Positions 29,067 through 40,083 are shown, counted from the stretch's first letter. The stretch: DNA of 64,000 bases from an uncultured bacterium (GCA_964439935.1 CAYTPW010000005.1:71410-135409), one strand, 5' to 3'. Program-made: numbers and translations. Notes: generated from the sequence alone by a model not told the origin.

Positions 29067-29549
29067 TTATTTCTCCAGTATTCCTATAATTTTCTCCAAA
29101 TATTGTTGGTCGACACTGTCAAATAATCCTGTTTCCGCGCCATCGATATCCAGTACCGCTATCAATTTATTCTGCTTTATAACGGGGATTACAATTTCTG
29201 ATTTGGTGATCTCATCACAGGCGATATAGCCCGGGAATTGACTTACATCATCGACAATAATGGTATTTTGATTTCGAGCAGCAGCCCCGCAGACACCGTG
29301 CTCAAAACTGATCGTTCCGCAGGCTATCAGACTGCCCTGATACGGACCGATTTCTAATAGATTTGTTTGCGTATGTCGATAGAATCCAACAAATACCCAG
29401 TGCGGAAAATGGATTTTTAAGATGGCACAGACCAATGCCATTTTACCGATTAATTCGATCTGGTGTCCGTTTGAGCCAACAACCGCTGTGATTTGTTGAA
29501 TCGCGGATAAATAAATATCCTGTTTATTTGTATTACTCATATTAGGCAA
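29067..29549 (-). CDS. msrC: GAF-domain free methionine-R-sulfoxide reductase-like protein
   Basis: FVGFY..GPYQG..C..GVCGAAA..DVSQFPGYIACD..SEIVIP..VLDID..FD..DQ.YLE. Confidence 0.75.
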   Translation of the reverse strand: MPNMSNTNKQDIYLSAIQQITAVVGSNGHQIELIGKMALVCAILKIHFPHWVFVGFYRHTQTNLLEIGPYQGSLIACGTISFEHGVCGAAARNQNTIIVDDVSQFPGYIACDEITKSEIVIPVIKQNKLIAVLDIDGAETGLFDSVDQQYLEKIIGILEK

Positions 29550-29594
29550 TGCGTTATCGTAGATAGAGTTTACAGGGATCTATTGTCACCTTTT

Positions 29595-31094
29595 TCAAAG
29601 ATTGAATAAAACTATTGCTCCGGTGAGGGTGCATAGCAGATTAACCATATCATTATCAATCCACAAAATACCAGAATCATGATCAGTCGGCTTATCGCAG
29701 TGGGTATGGTTTTCTGTTATTGCTTGACAGGATTGGCAACGATAACGGGATTGAACCGATCCACCTAATAGAGAATCAACAAGACTGCCTAAAAATCCAG
29801 CCAGTACAATTAAAATGACAAATTGCATATCCAGCCCGAAGATCAAACCGGATAAGCCGATTAGAGCAGCCCCGATTAGGGATCCAAAAGTACCGAGTAA
29901 TGATACTCCACCAGACGCACCTTTAGGTACAGACTTAAAAGTCAGGATATGTCTGGGCTTATTAGTACTGAAAAAGCCGATTTCGGTGGCCCAGGTGTCA
30001 GCTGTTGCCGCAGCTATTGCTCCCAGATACATGATAAACAGCCAGTTGGCTGGAGAATAGAAATTGATTACTGCGATAATTGTGGCAATACCACCATTGG
30101 CCAATACCTGCACTAGGTCCCGCCGGGTACCTTTTTGATAATTATTCCATTGTAAGGCTTTCAGTGATTTACTTTTTCCTTTTCCGGTCTTTGAGATTAA
30201 TGAAGATAAAACAAAGAATACCACCAATGGTGTAATCCATTTTAATCCGCCGGCTCCAAAAATAACGGTGCCAATAATAAATGCGCCAACACCACCACTG
30301 CCTGATAAGGCCTTTGTTTGGTAGGCCAGCATGAATAAGACTAATGAACCAGCCAGCCATAACATCAATACTGGCAGTGTACCATTGTTCAGATTTATCA
30401 AGTATATATCAAAACTGATACTGCTAAACAGGGGGACCGATAGATTGTCCGAGCCATCCTTACTATTGGATTCAGCTAGGGTAGCGATCAGTGCGACAAA
30501 TCCGGCTAAACCAAACAAATGGGAGATAGGCAGTTTAGTCTGTAAATAAGGGCTCAGAATGATGGATAGCATTGAGACCAGGGCAAATGATGTCAGGAAC
30601 ATTCCAACGCTGCCTTCGATCGTTTTATTATCAGACCAAAGTCGAAAACGGCGTGGTTCTTTAACCAGATTACCAACAGTTGCGGCAGTTGTATCCGCGA
30701 ATGTCATTAAAACCGTCCCGATTATCAATGACACAGGTCGCGACCACCAGAATAGCGCCAAAATCAAAAAGGCCAATGGAAAATATACTGTACCGTAAGT
30801 TTTACGTTCCGTGGCATGCATCGCACTGAAATGTTTCGATTTCAGGGCAGCCGTGTTTATTATAATAAAAATAATCGCCAGGATTACCGGCTGCTGACTG
30901 GAAGAAAAAATAAACGGACAGATACTTACCAGTGTCCCAACGATGACATGGACGAATTTGCGGCTACGTTCTACCGGCCATTTATATCTTGACTTGATTA
31001 ATTCACTGATACCGATCAGAATAAGTATTACCAAGAAAAATAAGCAGAAAGAAATCCATTCATTGGAAAATGGCGTATATCTGGGAAAATCCAT
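29595..31094 (-). CDS. fusion of phytol/dolichol kinase (CTP-dependent) and DUF92 (TMEM19/VTE6-like) domain
   Basis: N-half RKFVH, YGTVYFP, ADTTAA.VG, KTIEGS, DNL; C-half RDLVQVLANGG, ADTWATEIG, GGVSLLG, DSLLG, DNDMVN. Likely ATG 31094. Confidence 0.85.
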   Translation of the reverse strand: MDFPRYTPFSNEWISFCLFFLVILILIGISELIKSRYKWPVERSRKFVHVIVGTLVSICPFIFSSSQQPVILAIIFIIINTAALKSKHFSAMHATERKTYGTVYFPLAFLILALFWWSRPVSLIIGTVLMTFADTTAATVGNLVKEPRRFRLWSDNKTIEGSVGMFLTSFALVSMLSIILSPYLQTKLPISHLFGLAGFVALIATLAESNSKDGSDNLSVPLFSSISFDIYLINLNNGTLPVLMLWLAGSLVLFMLAYQTKALSGSGGVGAFIIGTVIFGAGGLKWITPLVVFFVLSSLISKTGKGKSKSLKALQWNNYQKGTRRDLVQVLANGGIATIIAVINFYSPANWLFIMYLGAIAAATADTWATEIGFFSTNKPRHILTFKSVPKGASGGVSLLGTFGSLIGAALIGLSGLIFGLDMQFVILIVLAGFLGSLVDSLLGGSVQSRYRCQSCQAITENHTHCDKPTDHDSGILWIDNDMVNLLCTLTGAIVLFNL

Positions 31095-31272
31095 ATCAGA
31101 TATATTACATGTAATGACCAATAAATGAATACGCTTTTTAACTTGTGTAATTATAAATTTTATTAATAAGTCGGTGATTATATTTTCTACTGACGATTAT
31201 AGGAAAAAAATTGATTTTGGGCAATTTTCAATTCAATTTTCAATCTAATTCTAAGAAACGGTTAATGATCTG

Positions 31273-34071
31273 ATGCGATACAATAAAATGCTTTATTCAG
31301 GAGCAGCTTTCTTTGTACTGTTAACAATTCTCGGGGCTGCTACCAATGAAATTAGGTCCTCCGCAAGGCCAGTATCGCATGCCGCGCTCCAAGCCGCATT
31401 CGGATCTAATGTAAATGCGGTCATTGATCAACAGACCGGTTCTGCCACTAGTATTTTGGTGGATAACCCGAACCGTACAAATTACAATTATGAAACCTAC
31501 ACCCTGATTGCAGAATCGTGGATTACCGATTATCCTGAAATTTACCGGGTTGAACCAACGGCAATTAAACTAGAGGTCAACCAGCAGTATGGTAAGATTA
31601 ATTACCTGATCTATCGCCAGACGTATCATTCGATTCCGGTTTATCAATCTCGGATTGATTTTAGATTTCGTTCCCATCAGCAATTAGTAATGACTGGCGC
31701 AACTGTTTATCCGACCATATCGATTGACCCGATTCCAGTAATTGATTCTGAGAGTGCTCTGCAAACAGCTCAGTTCATCACTGAATTTTATTCCGCCAAC
31801 AATGATCAGATTGTCGAATCGCCTGAACTTTTTGTTTATGTCATTCAGGATGAAACAGTACGCTACCATCTGGCATGGCGAATCGGTTTATTCGTCCATC
31901 ATGACGACCCTATCCGCTTTAATCGTTCAGTCAGTAATTATGAGGTATGGATAGATGCTCACAGTGGAGATTTATTATCGTTGGTTGATCGTGTAGAGGA
32001 AAGCACAATCTCCGGTCGCGCATTGGGTATGATTAAGGATTTACCCTACGGTAATCCGGTCCTAAGGCCATTGCGTAATCTGAAAATTCAGGTTGTGGGT
32101 GTCGGTGATACCTGGACCAATGAAAATGGGTACTATAGTATTGAGGCAGGAACCATTCAACGGCAGGTAAACGTAGAATTTGCAGGATTATTTCTTGATA
32201 TAGACGCTCGTAATACTAATGATGCCTCAATTACTACTACGATAATACCAGGGGACACATTCGATATCCAATTTAATGATTTAAACTCGATTGCCGGTGA
32301 ACGCGATACTTACTATCACGGTAATCGTGTCCACGACTGGATGTTGAATATTGATGGTAGTTTTCCAGGGGTCGATTACGGTATGCCTGCAGCGGTGAAT
32401 ATCGGTTCCGAAGATAACCTCTGGCCCTGCAATGCCTACTGGGATGGTTACGGTATTAATATGTTCTCAGCCGGGGGTGGTTGTTCTGCGACTGATCAAA
32501 TGGCTGATGTCATCTACCATGAGTATCAACACGGATTAACCCAATTTGCATATGACCCATTTTCATCACCGTATGCTTCAGGGATGGGCGAGGGCTTCAG
32601 TGATTATACTGCCATGTCGATTATGAATACACCATGTATGGGCGATGGATTTTTCGGGACACCAGGCATCTGTCTCAGGGATGGTGAAAATAACCGTCAG
32701 TGGCCGGCGCCGGAATGTAATGGAGCGGTCCATTGCCTAGGTGAGATATCCATGGGAGCGTTATGGAAAATGCGCGAGAATCTGATCAATAGTATTGGCG
32801 ATACAACGGCAGCTGTAGCCCATTCGGATACGCTTTTTCGCTGGGCAATGTTTGGGCGACCTGCAACCGTACCTGATTTATTGACGGAAATACTGATTGC
32901 CGATGATACTGATGGTACAATTTTAAACGGAACGCCCAATTTTGTCGCAATCACAGATGCATTTGACCAGCATAATGTAAGCTCGCCTATACCGGAATTC
33001 GGGATCGCGCATACACCGGTACCTAATACAGTGGATACTCAGCACAATGTTACAATAGAGGCAATAATCACCTCGATTTACGGAGCTATAACAGCGGCAG
33101 AGATAATCTATACCGTCAATGATGTAACCAATAATGTTACAATGACTGACTTAGGGAACGATAATTATTCGGCTCAGATTCCGTCCCAACCATTTGGTTC
33201 TATAGTGCGTTATTATATTTACGCTGAGGATGAATTGGGGAATGCGATGTACGCACCCGAAACAGCACCACTGCAAACGCATTTTTATTTGGTGGGCAGT
33301 TTACTTGATTTTCAAAATATCTATACCAGCGAGGTCGAGGAAAGTACCGGTTGGACTATGGGAATCTCTTCCGATAATGCCACCACCGGTCTGTGGGAAC
33401 ATGTGGATCCTATCGGCACTTTTACCAATGGAATGCCGGTTCAGCCGGAGGATGATCACAGTCCGTTGGGTACAAAATGCTTTGTAACTGGTAATGCCAG
33501 CTTCAACGGAAATAATGCCGGTGATAATGATGTAGACGATGGCTATACCACCCTGATTTCGCCACCATTTGATTTATCGATCAATCTGGATCCTGTTTTG
33601 ACCTATTGGCGTTGGTATAGCAATAATACCGGTGATAATCCCGGTTCAGATGTCTGGTTGGTTCAGATTTCTGGCGACAGCTTGGTTTGGGTTGATCTGG
33701 AAAATACATACGAATCAGATGCGGCTTGGACCTATCACCAATTTTTAGTTAACCAATATATTGATTCCAGTGATCGTATCTGGGTTAGGTATATCGCGGA
33801 GGATGCAGGTGGTGGATCCCTGGTGGAGGCGGGTATTGATGATATCGTTATCGTTGATGGTGTTTCATTTGATTACCTGTATGGCGATGTCAATTTTGAC
33901 CAAGACTTCAATGTTTTTGACGTGATTTTAATGGTCGATATAATACTTAATCGTTTCGAGCCAAGCGCGCTTCAACGGCATGTGGCCGATGTGAATCAGG
34001 ATGGTCGTATTAATGTTTTAGATATGCTGTTGCTCGTATCGATGATAGTGAATAATGACAGTAGCAGTTAA
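31273..34071 (+). CDS. secreted M4/M36-type zinc metalloprotease with propeptide, accessory domains and C-terminal dockerin-like domain
   Basis: FTP/PepSY-like propeptide, CNAYWDG, VIYHEYQH (HExxH), GEGFSD, VH..G; GDVNFD..NVFD and ADVNQDGRINVLD repeats. Confidence 0.85.
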   Translation: MRYNKMLYSGAAFFVLLTILGAATNEIRSSARPVSHAALQAAFGSNVNAVIDQQTGSATSILVDNPNRTNYNYETYTLIAESWITDYPEIYRVEPTAIKLEVNQQYGKINYLIYRQTYHSIPVYQSRIDFRFRSHQQLVMTGATVYPTISIDPIPVIDSESALQTAQFITEFYSANNDQIVESPELFVYVIQDETVRYHLAWRIGLFVHHDDPIRFNRSVSNYEVWIDAHSGDLLSLVDRVEESTISGRALGMIKDLPYGNPVLRPLRNLKIQVVGVGDTWTNENGYYSIEAGTIQRQVNVEFAGLFLDIDARNTNDASITTTIIPGDTFDIQFNDLNSIAGERDTYYHGNRVHDWMLNIDGSFPGVDYGMPAAVNIGSEDNLWPCNAYWDGYGINMFSAGGGCSATDQMADVIYHEYQHGLTQFAYDPFSSPYASGMGEGFSDYTAMSIMNTPCMGDGFFGTPGICLRDGENNRQWPAPECNGAVHCLGEISMGALWKMRENLINSIGDTTAAVAHSDTLFRWAMFGRPATVPDLLTEILIADDTDGTILNGTPNFVAITDAFDQHNVSSPIPEFGIAHTPVPNTVDTQHNVTIEAIITSIYGAITAAEIIYTVNDVTNNVTMTDLGNDNYSAQIPSQPFGSIVRYYIYAEDELGNAMYAPETAPLQTHFYLVGSLLDFQNIYTSEVEESTGWTMGISSDNATTGLWEHVDPIGTFTNGMPVQPEDDHSPLGTKCFVTGNASFNGNNAGDNDVDDGYTTLISPPFDLSINLDPVLTYWRWYSNNTGDNPGSDVWLVQISGDSLVWVDLENTYESDAAWTYHQFLVNQYIDSSDRIWVRYIAEDAGGGSLVEAGIDDIVIVDGVSFDYLYGDVNFDQDFNVFDVILMVDIILNRFEPSALQRHVADVNQDGRINVLDMLLLVSMIVNNDSSS

Positions 34072-34093
34072 TCGGATTAATGGACTCAGTGAT

Positions 34094-34360
34094 ATGAAAA
34101 TAATTATTAATCCCTTGTCGTCTGACGAAATGCAGGCGCAAGGAATGACTAAATGGCCTATCTGGACCTGCCCAGTCTCAGAATTTCCCTGGAAATATGA
34201 TTCCAAGGAAACTTGTTATATTCTGGAAGGTGAGGTCGAAGTGGAAACAGCACAGGAAACAGTCAGATTCAGCGCGGGAGACATGGTGGTTTTTCCCAGG
34301 GGCCTGGAATGTAACTGGAAGGTTTTACAGCCAGTCAGAAAACATTATCTGATCGAATGA
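34094..34360 (+). CDS. cupin_3 (DUF861/EutQ-like) small cupin protein
   Basis: WPIW.C.VS.FPW.YD..ETCYILEGEV..GDMVVFP.G..C.W.V..PVRKHY; likely ATG 34094. Confidence 0.85.
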   Translation: MKIIINPLSSDEMQAQGMTKWPIWTCPVSEFPWKYDSKETCYILEGEVEVETAQETVRFSAGDMVVFPRGLECNWKVLQPVRKHYLIE

Positions 34361-34477
34361 TCAAATCACTAAGTATTCCGGATATATATTTTTTCCATTT
34401 CTTGGTAAATCAAGCTAATTTCAATAGCTTTAATCGGTCAAATTGTATGAAACCGCAACTAATTAAGGTTTTTCCAC

Positions 34478-36079
34478 ATGGTTAAAAGAATTGCAATCCC
34501 ATTTCTCGTGCTTTATTTCACAAATGGTTATGCCCAGGACAGCTTGTCCTCACCAGATCTTAATCCAAATTTAGTAGATACTAGTGAGTCGGTCGTTGCC
34601 GACAGTGAACCAATTCCAATCGAAGGGGAGACTGTTATTTCGTCCGATACTTCAGACATTCTGACTGAAGAATCGGCTCCCGGATCGAGTTCAGTCAGCC
34701 AATTGGAACCGGTACCAGAAAGTATCGATCCAGAACCGGCTCAAGAGCAAATTGTGGAGACACCTCAAGCAAGCGAGGAGTTGGAATCCACCGTAACCGA
34801 ATCTCTGCTTGATATATTCCCTACCTCAATAACAGATGAAGTTTTCACTAAAGAAGCATTGGAAGAATCATTTTTCATTTATCTGGAAGCATTGGATCAA
34901 GAGGAAGCCAAAGCCGGTGGACGTATTTTCGGAATGCTGGGCTCCAGCGAAGATATTGACCATTACAAATTAGGCGAATACAATCGTTACCTCGCATCCT
35001 ATTTTCCGGAGGCTCATTCGGATATTGTCCAGAATTTTATTATTAATACCCATATATTTAAATCGGACTGGAACGAAGTCACGGTTGCCCTTTTTAAATT
35101 TCTGTATATCTATCCAGAATCAATCAACCGGGATAAAATCTACCAAACTGCTGTCGACTTATTTTCCAACGAAAAAGATTATAGCGATGATTCAGATAAA
35201 TTGCTGGAGCAGTTAAATAATTTGAAAGCAAATGGTGAAAATATCACTGATCGCTACTTTGCATTTTTATCAGCAATTCAGATGATTGATAACGAGGATA
35301 TCCAATCAATATTCAACCGTGAAGTTTTGGAATACTTACGATTATTCCCCAATAGTGACCAAACCAGTTCAATAATCCTGTGGCTGGGCGAGGATGAATA
35401 CCGTAAAGAGAATTATCACACCTGTTTTTTGTATTATAAGAAAATATTGATGATGTATCCCCGTAGCCAGGATCTGGCCTTCGCTCTATTCAACAGTGGT
35501 GTTATACAGTCCGAAAATTTTAATGAATATGATGCGGCCATTGCAACCTTCCGCGAGTTTCTGCTGCGTTTTTCCAATGATTCTCTCGCTGCTAGTGCAC
35601 AGTTGAATATTGCTACGATTGCCGATACCAAGCTGGAAAATTGGGTACAGGCAGTAGAAGATTACCAGCTCTATGCCGATACTTATCCCACGAACGCTGA
35701 TGCAGCTATAAGTCTTATGCGTCTTGGTCAGATTCAGGCGGATGAATTGAATCAACCAAATGAGGCAATTAGTACTTATCATTATGTGGTCCAATTATAT
35801 CCCCGACAAACGGATGCAATAGAGGCTTTAGAACGTTGTGGTAGAATCTATGAATCGGATAAAAAATATTCAGATGCCGTCCTGGAGTATTATAAGGTTT
35901 ATGAGTCATATCCTGATTCTGAAAACGCCTTGACTGCTCTTAATAAATGTGTTACACTATATGAAAAGCGATTAAAAGATAGTGCAAAAACCAAGGAGAT
36001 CCTGACTGTTATCGTAGAGAAATATCCCGAATCCAAGAGTGCAAAATCTGCTCAGAAAAAACTGAGTAAAATGAAATAG
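34478..36079 (+). CDS. periplasmic tetratricopeptide-repeat protein (BamD/CpoB-like repeats)
   Basis: Signal peptide, acidic low-complexity linker, repeated Y/F-P....A..A helical-hairpin units. Confidence 0.8.
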   Translation: MVKRIAIPFLVLYFTNGYAQDSLSSPDLNPNLVDTSESVVADSEPIPIEGETVISSDTSDILTEESAPGSSSVSQLEPVPESIDPEPAQEQIVETPQASEELESTVTESLLDIFPTSITDEVFTKEALEESFFIYLEALDQEEAKAGGRIFGMLGSSEDIDHYKLGEYNRYLASYFPEAHSDIVQNFIINTHIFKSDWNEVTVALFKFLYIYPESINRDKIYQTAVDLFSNEKDYSDDSDKLLEQLNNLKANGENITDRYFAFLSAIQMIDNEDIQSIFNREVLEYLRLFPNSDQTSSIILWLGEDEYRKENYHTCFLYYKKILMMYPRSQDLAFALFNSGVIQSENFNEYDAAIATFREFLLRFSNDSLAASAQLNIATIADTKLENWVQAVEDYQLYADTYPTNADAAISLMRLGQIQADELNQPNEAISTYHYVVQLYPRQTDAIEALERCGRIYESDKKYSDAVLEYYKVYESYPDSENALTALNKCVTLYEKRLKDSAKTKEILTVIVEKYPESKSAKSAQKKLSKMK

Positions 36080-36106
36080 TCAGCTATACCAAAATACTAT
36101 CTTAAT

Positions 36107-36140
36107 AAATCCCGGTGATCTCCTATCTCCGGGATTTTTT
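36107..36140 (+). terminator. rho-independent terminator
   Basis: AAATCCCGG..CCGGGATTT stem followed by a T-tract, 28 bp after the TPR stop. Confidence 0.75.
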
Positions 36141-36273
36141 ATCTCTGATTGCTAAAGCATTGTTTGCGGCATAATTTTACATGCGTTTACGGGCACTATC
36201 AAAAGATTGATTATGCTAAAATGGAAGAAAAGTAAATTTATATACAGATTTGACCCATTGGTAAATCAGTAAA

Positions 36274-38676
36274 ATGAACACAAAGAATAAGTATTCCAAA
36301 TCATCGTTAGCACAGAAATCAAATAATGAGCTGATTAATCTTATTTTAGCTCAGCAGGAAAAATTGAAGGACTTGAGGTCGGATGAACGCCGCGCTCAAC
36401 CCTTCAGCCTGATGGTGAAGGATATTCTATCGGCCAGTGTCACCAATTCACCCTTGGGTCTGATAATCTGGGAAATTAAGGGTGATAAAACACGAATTTT
36501 AGAATGGAATCGAGCTGCCGAGCGTATATTTGGTTGGTCACGTACTGAAATTATTGGGCGCGATTTATTGAAATATTTATTAGTTGATGATGATATCTAT
36601 GTTTTCCGCCAGATTATGGATTTATTCCAGACTAGCAATTCACCACATAATTATCAAAATGAATGTTTGGTCAAAGATGGTAATAATGTAATTATTAATT
36701 GGTTTAATACTCCAATAAATGATAAGCGGCGTAATCGACTGTTTGTTTTATCTTTAATTGAAGATATCAGTGAGCGCAATCAAGCACAGGAAGCATTGCG
36801 AACGACTAATCAATCTTACCAGGCTTTGATTCAGGGATCTCCATTAGCAATTATTATTCTCGATGAGAAATGGTGTATCAATCTCTGGAATCCGGCGGCA
36901 GAGAAAATATTTGGTTGGAACGAAAAGGATGTTCTCAAGAAAAAACTTCCAATGTTGATCGATAGTCAACGGGATAGTCTAAAGAAGCATCTGAAACAAG
37001 TTTATCAGGGAAAATCTTTATCGGGTATTGAACTGAAAGTTTTAAATCGCGATCGTAAAGAACTGGATATAGATATTTCGATGGCACCCCTGACAAACGT
37101 CGAGGAATCAATTAACGGCGCAATCATGTTGGCCACTGACATCACTGATAAAGCCGACGCGCTAACTACCCTGACAAAATTCGAAACAAAAAATAAGGCA
37201 CTACTTAAAGCAATTCCTGATCCGATTTTACTTATTGATCAATCCGGTGATGTGATTGACAGCTTTCCCTCCAGTATTCCTGAATTGAATAAACAATTAG
37301 CGGGAATGATTGGAAGAAATTTAAAAGAAAGTCTTCCACCTGAAATGCAATCCGTCTTTTTTGAAAAGATTAAGCAAATTGAATCAGATGCGCAGGGGGA
37401 ACGATTTAATTTCTCGCTGTCTACCGATGAAGATGCGCCAGTATATGAAGCTCGACTGGTAGCGTATGGTAAAAAGGAAGTATTGGCAGTTATTCGGGAT
37501 ATAACAGATGAAAAGCATCAACAAGAAATTGTTAAGGACCTGGCTGACAAAAAACAATCTAATCAGGAAAAAACATTATTTCTATCCAATCTATCCTACG
37601 AAATACTTACACCACTGAACACAATCCTGGGATTTGTTGATGTGCTGGACCAGCAGCTTAGTGAAAAATCCGATGCTAATCAAAAAGAGCTGTTGGAATC
37701 AATCTCGCAGAATAGTCAACAATTGCTGCGCACGATCCAGGAGTTATCCGATCTGACTGCTATTGATACCAATAAATTTAAATTATCTCCTGAATTTTTT
37801 AGGCTCGATGAACTGGTATTAGAAATTCTAAAACCATACCGTTCCCAGATAAAAGACAAGAATCTGAAATTAAAGACAGATATTTCTGATATTGATTTTA
37901 CTGTCAGGGCGGACAAATACACAATTACGGAAGCTGTATCCCATTTTATCGATAATGCTGTTAAATATACTAATAAAGGGAAAATTGAAATCAAATTATC
38001 GGCCAGGGTTGATCAAATTGTATGTTCAATTATTGATACCGGCATGGGTATGTCCCGTGCTCAAACCGGCGATTTGTTTAAATTGTTTGCCCAGGTTGGA
38101 AACGGATATCAACGTAAATATCGTGGGATGGGTCTGGGAATGGTATTAGCGAAACGCTTACTCGATATGAACGACGTAGATCTGCAGGTACATAGTGCAC
38201 GACATAAGGGAAGCGAATTTAGTCTAACTTTCGATACATCCAGGGTGAAAGATAGTGATTATATATTGTTAGATAGTGTAGATCAACCAAAGCCTGCTAA
38301 ACGACCGGCGAAACCTAAACCACTGATTCTGATTGTTGAAGATGATGCTAGTTCGCAGCGCTTGATTCAATACCTGTTAAAAAATGAATATGGTATGTGC
38401 TTTGCCATTTCAGTTAATAAGGCAAAAGATCAACTGAGTAAAAAGCCGGTGGATATAATTATAATTGACTTATCGCTTAAAGGCAAAGAGGATGGTCTTG
38501 ATCTGGTGGAGTATATCCGCAAGCAAAAAAAATATAAACAGGTACCAATCATTGCAACGACCGCGCATACTTCTGTCTTGGACCGCGATAAATGTCTAAC
38601 AGCCGGTTGCAATGAATTCCTTACTAAACCGCTCTCCAAGCAGTTATTATTCGAAGCTTTGGAGCGCGTGATATAA
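36274..38676 (+). CDS. PAS-PAS-PAS hybrid histidine-kinase-like protein with degenerate H-box (His->Tyr)
   Basis: NLSYEILTPLN instead of SHE(I/L)RTPLN. DNAVKYT, DTGMG and GMGLG intact; receiver VEDD..IIDLSL..KP. Confidence 0.85.
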   Translation: MNTKNKYSKSSLAQKSNNELINLILAQQEKLKDLRSDERRAQPFSLMVKDILSASVTNSPLGLIIWEIKGDKTRILEWNRAAERIFGWSRTEIIGRDLLKYLLVDDDIYVFRQIMDLFQTSNSPHNYQNECLVKDGNNVIINWFNTPINDKRRNRLFVLSLIEDISERNQAQEALRTTNQSYQALIQGSPLAIIILDEKWCINLWNPAAEKIFGWNEKDVLKKKLPMLIDSQRDSLKKHLKQVYQGKSLSGIELKVLNRDRKELDIDISMAPLTNVEESINGAIMLATDITDKADALTTLTKFETKNKALLKAIPDPILLIDQSGDVIDSFPSSIPELNKQLAGMIGRNLKESLPPEMQSVFFEKIKQIESDAQGERFNFSLSTDEDAPVYEARLVAYGKKEVLAVIRDITDEKHQQEIVKDLADKKQSNQEKTLFLSNLSYEILTPLNTILGFVDVLDQQLSEKSDANQKELLESISQNSQQLLRTIQELSDLTAIDTNKFKLSPEFFRLDELVLEILKPYRSQIKDKNLKLKTDISDIDFTVRADKYTITEAVSHFIDNAVKYTNKGKIEIKLSARVDQIVCSIIDTGMGMSRAQTGDLFKLFAQVGNGYQRKYRGMGLGMVLAKRLLDMNDVDLQVHSARHKGSEFSLTFDTSRVKDSDYILLDSVDQPKPAKRPAKPKPLILIVEDDASSQRLIQYLLKNEYGMCFAISVNKAKDQLSKKPVDIIIIDLSLKGKEDGLDLVEYIRKQKKYKQVPIIATTAHTSVLDRDKCLTAGCNEFLTKPLSKQLLFEALERVI

Positions 38677-38677
38677 A

Positions 38678-39583
38678 TTATTCGGGTGAAGAATTAAATG
38701 ATTCTATTCGGCTGCGACCGTTTTCCTTGGCGCGATATACAGCTTTATCAGCTGCTTCCATGAGATTTAAATAATCCTCGCCATCATCAGGATACTGGGA
38801 AATACCAGCACTGAATGATAATAGAATATCCTGATCATTATTGCGGACCAGAACTTCAGAGCGTAATTTATCCAAGATCTTTTGAATAGAATTGATGGCA
38901 CCTTGAGTTTCTGATCGCTCAAGAATCAGTACAAATTCTTCGCCTCCCCAGCGTGAGAGAATATCGGTGCCGCGTATCTGCGATTGTATAAATCGGGTGA
39001 AAGCAACCAGGCATTGATCGCCACAATTATGGCCAAATGTATCATTGATGGATTTGAAATGGTCCAGATCGATCATGGCTAAGGTAAATTTATCTTTATG
39101 GCGGCGGTGTAGATTAATTTGCCGCGTAAGTTCTTTCTGGAAAAAGCGTCGATTGTAAATTTGCGTGAGTGCATCAAGGTATATGGCTGATTCCAAGTCT
39201 GCCTGCCGGGTCAGGATGGAACCGATTTTTGCCAGTAGTACCGACTTATTGACCGGTTTAACGATAAAATCATCAACACCACCCAGGTATGCGCGGATTT
39301 TTTCTGGTAATGAATCTACGCCAGTCAGGAAAATAAAAGGAATCAGCCGCAACTGGGTATGACCTTTAATGATATTCAATATATCAAATCCGTCGGGATG
39401 CATACGAATATCACATAAAATGATATTGGGCGCATATTGAAAAATCGTCTCTTGAGAATCTTCGATGTTTTCGGTTAGATCAATTACATTTACCAGATAG
39501 CCCTCTTTTTCAAGATGGTATTTTATAGGTGATACAAAAAAAGGATCATCCTCGAGGATTAATATTTTTGCCGGAGATTGCAT
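38678..39583 (-). CDS. response regulator diguanylate cyclase (REC-GGDEF)
   Basis: LEDD..CDIRM..KP receiver; DALTQIYNRR, IDLDHFKSINDTFGH, RGTD I-site, RWGGEEF. Confidence 0.93.
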   Translation of the reverse strand: MQSPAKILILEDDPFFVSPIKYHLEKEGYLVNVIDLTENIEDSQETIFQYAPNIILCDIRMHPDGFDILNIIKGHTQLRLIPFIFLTGVDSLPEKIRAYLGGVDDFIVKPVNKSVLLAKIGSILTRQADLESAIYLDALTQIYNRRFFQKELTRQINLHRRHKDKFTLAMIDLDHFKSINDTFGHNCGDQCLVAFTRFIQSQIRGTDILSRWGGEEFVLILERSETQGAINSIQKILDKLRSEVLVRNNDQDILLSFSAGISQYPDDGEDYLNLMEAADKAVYRAKENGRSRIESFNSSPE

Positions 39584-39631
39584 TTCACATCCTGGTCAGG
39601 GTTATATTGAGATTATCAGAAGCGATATTAT

Positions 39632-39934
39632 TTATTTAGATAGATATTTCGCCTGAGCTTGGTTAAGCTCACTTTCAAATTGGCCGAAAAGTTCCCCTAT
39701 CAAACTTTTATTCTGAGCCTTGGAAGCTTCTTCGATTTGTTGACCAATTTTACTGATTTCCATTAAGCCGTAACCCCCACCGCTTCCTTTCAGATTATGA
39801 CCGAATTTTTGGACCTTCAGATAATCGCCATTATCCAAATCTACCAATACTTCTGGCAGAGTATCTGTCAGGTATTGCACATATTGCCGAATAAGTTCTT
39901 GAAATTCCGGGTCGTCAAGATAATCTAATTCCAC
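39632..39934 (-). CDS. stand-alone Hpt phosphotransfer protein
   Basis: GHNLKGSGGGYG motif in a ~100-aa helical protein. Confidence 0.9.
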   Translation of the reverse strand: MELDYLDDPEFQELIRQYVQYLTDTLPEVLVDLDNGDYLKVQKFGHNLKGSGGGYGLMEISKIGQQIEEASKAQNKSLIGELFGQFESELNQAQAKYLSK

Positions 39935-40083
39935 TGATGGCCTCCATCTTTGGAAGATTGAATTATGGTATGCAAACTCAAGTTACTGATCAATAATCTA
40001 TGATTTATATTAATTAATAATCCTGATTATTTCAAATTATAACCGATGTTAAAGCTGTTGAGTAATTTGGATATATATAAGAC

